A stretch of 64,000 bases of DNA from Candidatus Woesearchaeota archaeon (GTDB lineage Archaea > Nanobdellota > Nanobdellia > Woesearchaeales > JABGUJ01). Where the stretch lies: assembly GCA_018646625.1 (NCBI GenBank), contig JABGUJ010000004.1:1-64000 (forward strand), read 5' to 3'. The position numbers and the translations under genes are program-made. The notes below the pieces were generated by a model. That model made no database searches. It saw only the letters and a list, made by a program, of their open reading frames with translations, and was not told where the DNA came from. Shown one piece after another: positions 57,215 through 64,000 of the stretch (positions are counted from its first letter, which is position 1; every line of letters starts with the position of its first letter).

Positions 57215-60200
57215 GTGAATATTGGCAGGTTAACCCTTCTTTTCCTTATCCTTTATTCACTATGCGTAACACCTGTGGACATTGCCTCTGCAACTGATGT
57301 TGGTAATGTTTCAAATCCTGGTTATTTCTATGGATTAAATTATCCTGTTGAAGAACCAGCTATATTGTGTTTAGATAATAATGATTGTTCTGATGATTCT
57401 TATTGTTCTGAAGGATCTTGCTTAGAATGCAATCCTTTTGATGATTCTGATGGTATTTGTTGTAATGGTGAGTTGGCCGGTGATTGTAGTCCTTCTACTG
57501 AAGATAACTGCCAAGATAATATTGATAATGACTTCGATTCTTTAACAGATTGTCTCGACGAGGATTGTGATTGGATTTATTTATCCGAATCTAATGCTTA
57601 TTGTAATTATGATGTTGAAGATTTATGTTACGATAACTTTGACAACGACGGAGATTCTCTTGTAGATTGTGATGATTCTGATTGTTCTGAAGACGCGGGT
57701 TGTGTTGAAGAAATTATTTCTCCTTATACCACTGAAGATGTCCCTTACTCTACATCTGCTGTGAATGGTGAATTATATGATTTTGAGCAATTTGACTGGT
57801 TAGGTAATGACACTTTCGAAGACGTCAGTAACAATGATTCTGCGCTTGATTTGACTGCACTTTATGCGTCTGACAACTCTTCTCATTTGTTTTTCAGAAT
57901 GACGCTTGCAAATCTATCAAACTTAACGCACGTTTGCGACGGAGGCACATTTCCCACTACCTTTGCAGATTATACTGTGTATTTAGATCTGAATGGTTCT
58001 GGTGGTTGTGATCAGTTTTGCATGCCCGACAGCGACGCACTCATTATTTTGGGATTTAATGATACTGGCGTAGATTCCTGGGGCTTGGAAAATTGGAATG
58101 GTTCTGAGTTTGTTGAAAATGAGTCGGCAACACTTCTTTACAACTTTTCATGTAATAATAATACAATAGATCTGGGAATTTCTTTGGACGATTTAGGATT
58201 TAACGAGAGCTACTTTGAATTTTCATTTATTACATCAGAAGAAGGTCCACCTATAGACGATACTAACTTATTTAATTACACGTTTGGAGAAGATCATCCT
58301 CTTGAACCTTTCTTCGATGATTTTACTGGAACCTTTATTGATCTTAATCGTTACTCTGCAATGCCTATGGGTCTTTCTGTCGATCAAGACGATATGATAA
58401 TAATGAACGGCTCTGGGGATAGTAGTATGGGCGTCTTTATTACTGAAGATGAAATAGATCATCACAGTTATTTTAGTGCAAGTGTGAATGTTAGTATTGA
58501 AAACTTTACTTCGATTGTTGGACAAAACGATACTTCGGCAAGATTGGTTGCATATGATCTTGGTGGTGACGCAATGCTTGCAGGTTGCTCGATTGACCTA
58601 AGAGACTACGGGCCTGTGTTGGCTGCTTCGAATGGCGAACAGAGCGAACAGGGATACGTCAGTACTCCTGTATCAGCAAGTTCTGGAGAACTTACTATGT
58701 ACTTTGATAATTCTACTGGCATGACTTATTGTAGTTTTGATCATGAGACTCTTAGCGTAACTAATGGTTCTAACTTAGACACTGAATTAAGATTTTCTTT
58801 AATGCTAATGACGCAAAATGAGGGGAGTAATGGAGGGGGTGTTGAAGTCAATGCAACTTTTGATGATTTATACTTTAATTACACTACTGAAGCAGAACCT
58901 GAAGAAGCCCCTTCTTCATTTAATTTTAATTCATCACACTTTTTAGGGTCCGATGTAAATGACACTTATGTAGGACTATTTGCTCATCACAATATAACTT
59001 CAGTTTACGGTGCGGATAACGGCACTCATTTTTTTGGAAGAATTGTTTTGAATGACACAGACTCTCTTGATGAATGTGGTGGGTCTTATCCATCTGGTTC
59101 TGAACAAACGGCTTATGGTTTTGTTTTTAACACAACCCCTGGCGGATTAGATGATATGGGTGAAATTGGCACTGACTACCAAGTTACAATTTACATTAAT
59201 GAAACAGCAACTCAAAAATCATTTAGTTTCTGGAACGGTTCCGAGATGGAACCTACAAACCTGGGAGACGCAAATGCAACAATTGTTTGTGGTTATGGTA
59301 TTGACTTTATGGTTAATCTAAGTCAAATTAATGCATCAGAAGAAAATGGAATTGGATTAAACCCTTTTGTTTACAACTTTACACCCCTGATGGGGCCAAT
59401 AGATGACTGGCCAGCTAATGATCCATTTTATGAATATCAATATAGTGATCAAGAAGATCAACCGTTAACAACATTTATGTTTCCGGATTTACTAGGTAAT
59501 GATACTACTGACGACTCTGCAGTTTATGCATATCAAAACATAACTGCTGCTTACGCCAGAGATGATGGAAACCAATTCTTTACTCGAGTTGTCTTTGATG
59601 ACCTATCTGATCTAGATGTGTGTGGTGGTCTGGAACCACAAGGTTCTATTTATACTTCTGTTGGCTTAGAAATCAATACAACACCTGGTGGTGTCCCAGG
59701 TGGTCAAGGCTATGAAGGTGCTGAATTTGACATTATTTTAGTGTTAAATGCTACCAGCACAAACGGACCTTATATAGGGGAGTGGAATGGATCTGATTGG
59801 GACTCTGGCAACTTTAATAACTCTCTTGATGATTATGCAGTTCTTTGTGACATGAATGCAATTGATATTGCCTTCGATGTTAGGGGATTGAATGTTTCTC
59901 CAGGTACAACAATAGATTTAGTATACTATACTTTTAATGGCTCTGCGCCTTTAGATGATTGGCCAGGCAGTAATCCTATCTACACACAATACACAACAAA
60001 ATCCCAGGAACAACCAGGTGGCCAAGGACTATACATGTTCGGTCCTCAGCATTCGCTAGGTGAAGATTTACAAGACAACGCTACTCCTGCTGTTGCAAAT
60101 ATAACTGAAGTGCTGGTGGCTGATAATGGAACAATGTTATTTACATCAATGAAATTTGATGATCTATCTGATTTATCTTATTGTGGTGGATCTTCATCTG

Positions 60201-63200
60201 CCTATTACGAGTGGGAACTTAACTATACTTCGGGAGGTTGCGACGGCAGCGAGGGTGTACTAGACGCAGATTATGATATCTATATTGAATTTAACGAAAC
60301 GGGAGGAGTTTCAGATATTGGATTTTACATTTGGAATGGCTCTGATTGGGAATACAATGCAAGCGCAGCGTATTATGTAAATTGTCCGAGTAATGTAATT
60401 GAACTAGGATTCAATCTAAGTAATACTAACTTTGCTCCGGGGCAAACCATTCAAACTGTATTCATTGCTAGCAATGATAGTTATGGTGGGCCAACCGACT
60501 TTGCACCTGATGTTGAAAACGGCGAATGGTATGATTTTAATTTAACACAACAAGGCCCTCCGGGAGGAAACACTTTATCTGGTTACGTAAAATATCCTAA
60601 TGGAACAATAATTGCAAATGTTCCTATAGATTTAGAAGATTCTTTTGGGTCGCCCCTTGCATCAACAACTACTGATGGTAGTGGCTTTTTTAAATTCCAG
60701 GAGCTATCTGAAAATGAATATTCACTAAATTTTAACGATGGTTTTAGTTCAATAGCAGGTCACACCAACTTAGAAGTAGGCGGATTTGGATCAGAAGACC
60801 TTCTTAATATAACTTCCAGTTTAGAGTTGAATGCAACTTTGTTCACCATTTCAGGTGGAATTCAGATCGAATCCGGCCCATACTACCTAGAAGATAATGT
60901 TACCGTCAATATGACTGCAACCAACAATTACGATGGAGAATTAAACGAGTGGGCTTTTAGAAACGTTTTATTATCTCAAAGCTACAGCTTCCTTGGAGTG
61001 GAAGATGGTTTGACCGTAAACTTAAGTTTTATGGAGAGTAATTATTCTTTATTCTCAACATACCTAAACTCTACTGCAATAGGTATGGATTCTCAAGTTT
61101 TCATTTATAGTGCATTTTACAAACAAGACAACAGTTTTTTTGAATTATCAACTGGAGAAAATCTAACGGGTTCAAATCAAATTGGATTCTTTAACCAATT
61201 GAATATATCTCAACAAGGTGGCAATCAAACTTACAATTTATCTGGTTACTTAAAATACCTAAACGGAACGCCAATAAATGGGGCTGGAGTTTGGATAGAA
61301 AACAACGTAACTTATGATAGTGATTATCAAGTTACGAACGCTTCAGGATACTATGAAGTAAGCAACTTAACTTCCGGTGGTTATGATATTGAACTAGCAA
61401 CTTCAGGTGTGTTTGCTAGACTAAGCAACTACGAAATAGGATCATACGAATCTGACTGGTTAATAATCACAGAGGACGTAGAATTTAATGCATCTATTTT
61501 CGATGGAGTTGTAATTAACGTAACTTTAGATCAAGAATTCTATTCTTTAGATGATTGGGTATCTGCAAATATTACTATCGATAATTATGGTCCGTATAAT
61601 ATCGTAAACTGGACACCCATGCTTCAAGGTTATGTTGAAGATGATGATGATGATGATGCATACTTCTATGAGTCGATAGAGAGCAACATCACTTTACTTC
61701 CTGGAGAACAAGTGAATTTCAGTTTAAGTTTTATGATTAACTCATCACAAATGGCTGATAACAACATCACCGAACCATACGAAATATATGCGGAGTGCAA
61801 TCTTGTAAAACAAAACAACAGTTTAGTCTCTCTATCAACAGGACAAGACATAACTATAACTGCTGAGTTCAGAGGCGAACAGGAAGTTAACGTTACTGGA
61901 GGCGGCGATCAAAACCACACTTTATCTGGTTACATAAAATATCTCAACGGTACGCCTATTGATAATGTGAGTGTTTATTTGCGTCATAACGAGACTTATG
62001 AATATTATGAAAATAATACTGATGCTTCTGGCTATTATACAATAAATAACTTACCATTTGGTGGATACAGGTTTGATGTCGAATCAGATGACGAATCAAT
62101 TGGCTCTGTATCTAATGATCTTGATGAAATTGATTCTTTAGTTATCTCAGAGAATATTGAACTTAACGCTTCTCTTCCTGCTGGTTTATTTTTTAATATC
62201 TTGACTGATAAAGGAAGTTATGCGCTTGATGATACTGCTTATGTTAATATCACTGTTTATAATTACGGAGAATTTGATTTGCACAATTGGACCATTTTTA
62301 CAGAAGGTTATGCTGAGAACGACTCTAACGATGAAACATTCTTTGAGAATCTCATTAGTGAGGACGTTACAATCTTACAAGGAGAAAACATCAGTTTCAA
62401 CTTTAGTGTTTTCTTGAATGAGACTGCAATCTCTTCTGTAACTGATGCTGAAGTTTACATTTCTCCTGTAGCTCTGAAACAGAACAATAGTCTTGTTTCC
62501 ATTTCTTCAGGTCAAGATATGGATGTTGCGGGAATTTTCTGGTATGATAAGCAACTTAACATTACAGAAGAACCTGTCTGTGGTTATTCTGGCGGAGATT
62601 GGAATATTACAACTCCAATTAACTGTTCTGATGAAGAGATTTATGTGGACGGAGATATCACCATCGTGGCGGGCGACTTAGCGACGACTAGTTTCAGCGC
62701 AGCATCGACTGCCGCATATGACTTAAGAGGTAACTCAACAGATATTGGTGAAAATTCTGAATTAGATCTTTTAGCTAATGAAGCTGGTTACACAGATGAT
62801 TGGGATCAATCAGGAAGCGGAATGGATTTTTACATTGCAATGAATGAAACCTCGAACAGAATACAAATATTAGTGAACTTATCCCCTGGCGCTATTTATA
62901 TAATTGATCTTGATCAAGACGCGAGCACAGGGTTTGTTATTGAGGATGGAAGAGGATATGACCTTTGGCTGGGAAATATGCCTGATATGGGAGTATATGG
63001 TGTTGGTGTCTCTAACTCTACTCTTGAGGATGAAGGTGATTTTGGCTGGTTCCAAAACGCAGAAGATGGAGATGTAATGAACACTTCTACAAGTTCAGAC
63101 TGGAATTTAAATTACACAGTATACATGAATAAATCCGATGACAACTTTACGATAGAATTAATAATCGACATGTACTCAACAGAAGAGTGGGCTGATAAGA

Positions 63201-64000
63201 CGGTATTTATGGCGGTTTTTGGAGAAGGAGATGATTCTGGATATACAACATTTATGAACTCATCACTTGAAGAGGGTGGGCAACTAAGTCTTGAAAACAT
63301 TACGCTTGAGATTGAAGGAAACATCTCTGCTGATGGCACTCTAATCATAAACAACTCCGAAATTGAATTCCAAGTAATAGATAATTCAACCGATTTTGTA
63401 TGTGGATCTGGCTCGGTTGTGCTGATAAATAATTCGTTGATAGGCGCAAATAACTCGGACTTTGCATTTGGATTTAAATCATACTCTCCTTCATTAACAT
63501 TACAAAACACAGAATTCTCTAGTCTTATTCAGGATTATGATTGGGGGAGTGAGGAAACATCCAGTGGTATCCATCTTGAAGAAGGTGATGCACTCATAAC
63601 TAATGTCACACTAACAGATTTTTCGGGTTGGAATTGCTTTTATGTTCAATCTGCTGGTGCGGTGTTGTCGAACTTAAATACTAGCGAGAACAGTTGCTCG
63701 CTTTATTTGAACGGAGGGGGATCATACACCGTAAGAGATAGTCACCTGAGCTCCCTTTCTCTGATGAACGGGCCTAGTAACTGTCTGATCTCTAACAATA
63801 AAATCACTTATTCCCTAAGCGTGAGTTCAAATGGAGAAACGGCTGACAATATCTTTGTGAATAATAATCTTGAGAATGCACGGTTTTTTGACATTAGTAA
63901 CACAACAAACTCAAACTATTTAATCTACAACAACTCTTTTGGGGAAGTTAGCTGGTACTTATCAAACCTTACAATAAATTCTTCATTCGGTAACACACTT
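57215..64000 (+). CDS. Giant secreted acidic repeat surface protein (>2262 aa, 3'-truncated by the window; absent from the ORF track)
   Basis: GTG start after GGGGTGA; signal peptide MNIGRLTLLFLILYSLCVTPVDIASA. The frame is open wherever translated and at the window end. Contains Cys/Asp DNDxD motifs and several repeat classes. Confidence 0.88.
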   Translation, partial: MNIGRLTLLFLILYSLCVTPVDIASATDVGNVSNPGYFYGLNYPVEEPAILCLDNNDCSDDSYCSEGSCLECNPFDDSDGICCNGELAGDCSPSTEDNCQDNIDNDFDSLTDCLDEDCDWIYLSESNAYCNYDVEDLCYDNFDNDGDSLVDCDDSDCSEDAGCVEEIISPYTTEDVPYSTSAVNGELYDFEQFDWLGNDTFEDVSNNDSALDLTALYASDNSSHLFFRMTLANLSNLTHVCDGGTFPTTFADYTVYLDLNGSGGCDQFCMPDSDALIILGFNDTGVDSWGLENWNGSEFVENESATLLYNFSCNNNTIDLGISLDDLGFNESYFEFSFITSEEGPPIDDTNLFNYTFGEDHPLEPFFDDFTGTFIDLNRYSAMPMGLSVDQDDMIIMNGSGDSSMGVFITEDEIDHHSYFSASVNVSIENFTSIVGQNDTSARLVAYDLGGDAMLAGCSIDLRDYGPVLAASNGEQSEQGYVSTPVSASSGELTMYFDNSTGMTYCSFDHETLSVTNGSNLDTELRFSLMLMTQNEGSNGGGVEVNATFDDLYFNYTTEAEPEEAPSSFNFNSSHFLGSDVNDTYVGLFAHHNITSVYGADNGTHFFGRIVLNDTDSLDECGGSYPSGSEQTAYGFVFNTTPGGLDDMGEIGTDYQVTIYINETATQKSFSFWNGSEMEPTNLGDANATIVCGYGIDFMVNLSQINASEENGIGLNPFVYNFTPLMGPIDDWPANDPFYEYQYSDQEDQPLTTFMFPDLLGNDTTDDSAVYAYQNITAAYARDDGNQFFTRVVFDDLSDLDVCGGLEPQGSIYTSVGLEINTTPGGVPGGQGYEGAEFDIILVLNATSTNGPYIGEWNGSDWDSGNFNNSLDDYAVLCDMNAIDIAFDVRGLNVSPGTTIDLVYYTFNGSAPLDDWPGSNPIYTQYTTKSQEQPGGQGLYMFGPQHSLGEDLQDNATPAVANITEVLVADNGTMLFTSMKFDDLSDLSYCGGSSSAYYEWELNYTSGGCDGSEGVLDADYDIYIEFNETGGVSDIGFYIWNGSDWEYNASAAYYVNCPSNVIELGFNLSNTNFAPGQTIQTVFIASNDSYGGPTDFAPDVENGEWYDFNLTQQGPPGGNTLSGYVKYPNGTIIANVPIDLEDSFGSPLASTTTDGSGFFKFQELSENEYSLNFNDGFSSIAGHTNLEVGGFGSEDLLNITSSLELNATLFTISGGIQIESGPYYLEDNVTVNMTATNNYDGELNEWAFRNVLLSQSYSFLGVEDGLTVNLSFMESNYSLFSTYLNSTAIGMDSQVFIYSAFYKQDNSFFELSTGENLTGSNQIGFFNQLNISQQGGNQTYNLSGYLKYLNGTPINGAGVWIENNVTYDSDYQVTNASGYYEVSNLTSGGYDIELATSGVFARLSNYEIGSYESDWLIITEDVEFNASIFDGVVINVTLDQEFYSLDDWVSANITIDNYGPYNIVNWTPMLQGYVEDDDDDDAYFYESIESNITLLPGEQVNFSLSFMINSSQMADNNITEPYEIYAECNLVKQNNSLVSLSTGQDITITAEFRGEQEVNVTGGGDQNHTLSGYIKYLNGTPIDNVSVYLRHNETYEYYENNTDASGYYTINNLPFGGYRFDVESDDESIGSVSNDLDEIDSLVISENIELNASLPAGLFFNILTDKGSYALDDTAYVNITVYNYGEFDLHNWTIFTEGYAENDSNDETFFENLISEDVTILQGENISFNFSVFLNETAISSVTDAEVYISPVALKQNNSLVSISSGQDMDVAGIFWYDKQLNITEEPVCGYSGGDWNITTPINCSDEEIYVDGDITIVAGDLATTSFSAASTAAYDLRGNSTDIGENSELDLLANEAGYTDDWDQSGSGMDFYIAMNETSNRIQILVNLSPGAIYIIDLDQDASTGFVIEDGRGYDLWLGNMPDMGVYGVGVSNSTLEDEGDFGWFQNAEDGDVMNTSTSSDWNLNYTVYMNKSDDNFTIELIIDMYSTEEWADKTVFMAVFGEGDDSGYTTFMNSSLEEGGQLSLENITLEIEGNISADGTLIINNSEIEFQVIDNSTDFVCGSGSVVLINNSLIGANNSDFAFGFKSYSPSLTLQNTEFSSLIQDYDWGSEETSSGIHLEEGDALITNVTLTDFSGWNCFYVQSAGAVLSNLNTSENSCSLYLNGGGSYTVRDSHLSSLSLMNGPSNCLISNNKITYSLSVSSNGETADNIFVNNNLENARFFDISNTTNSNYLIYNNSFGEVSWYLSNLTINSSFGNTL
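57775..60545 (+). repeat. Four ~170-aa protein-level repeats (about 57775, 58920, 59470, 60030)
   Basis: Shared LG.D.....NIT..Y..DNG...F.R....DL..CGG...WNGS...C....ID pattern. Confidence 0.7.
60570..62560 (+). repeat. Three ~225-aa protein-level repeats starting with a carboxypeptidase-regulatory-like domain
   Basis: LSGYVKYPNGT, LSGYLKYLNGT and LSGYIKYLNGT; ends ELSTGEN, SLSTGQD and SISSGQD. Confidence 0.7.

Noticed and set aside
58268..63510. Five short ORFs listed in the track
   Set aside because: Out-of-frame or antisense shadows within the giant CDS

Overview
Archaeal chromosomal window, most likely from a DPANN (Woesearchaeota-like) genome. Support for this: BRE/TATA promoters, GGTGA/GAGG ribosome-binding sites, archaeal-type TrpRS, AglB, geranylgeranyl reductase, a presenilin homologue, and TrmB and Lrp regulators. 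Layout: (1-15.5 kb) the 5' end of the SRP RNA, housekeeping genes, several Lys-rich membrane proteins around a HerA-like ATPase, UDP-sugar genes and a solitary 5S rRNA. (15.5-50 kb) A ~35 kb surface-glycosylation locus: a flippase, an AT-rich operon of kinases, a divergent RtcB, a methyltransferase, GT4s and an NTase-NMP-kinase fusion, a legionaminic-acid-type nonulosonate pathway with many tailoring enzymes, more glycosyltransferases, and aglB. (50-64 kb) Envelope and regulatory genes, then an unlisted giant secreted repeat protein (>2260 aa) that runs off the window end. The best novelty candidates are AglB fused to a C-terminal parvulin PPIase and an RtcB-fold enzyme embedded in a glycan-modification operon. 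Others are a NeuB-SDR fusion, two paralogous unannotated microproteins coupled to a DPM1-like GT2, and a membrane-anchored histone-H1-like protein. No CRISPR array, tRNA, integrase or reverse transcriptase was seen. All protein calls are motif recognition by eye; no database search was run.
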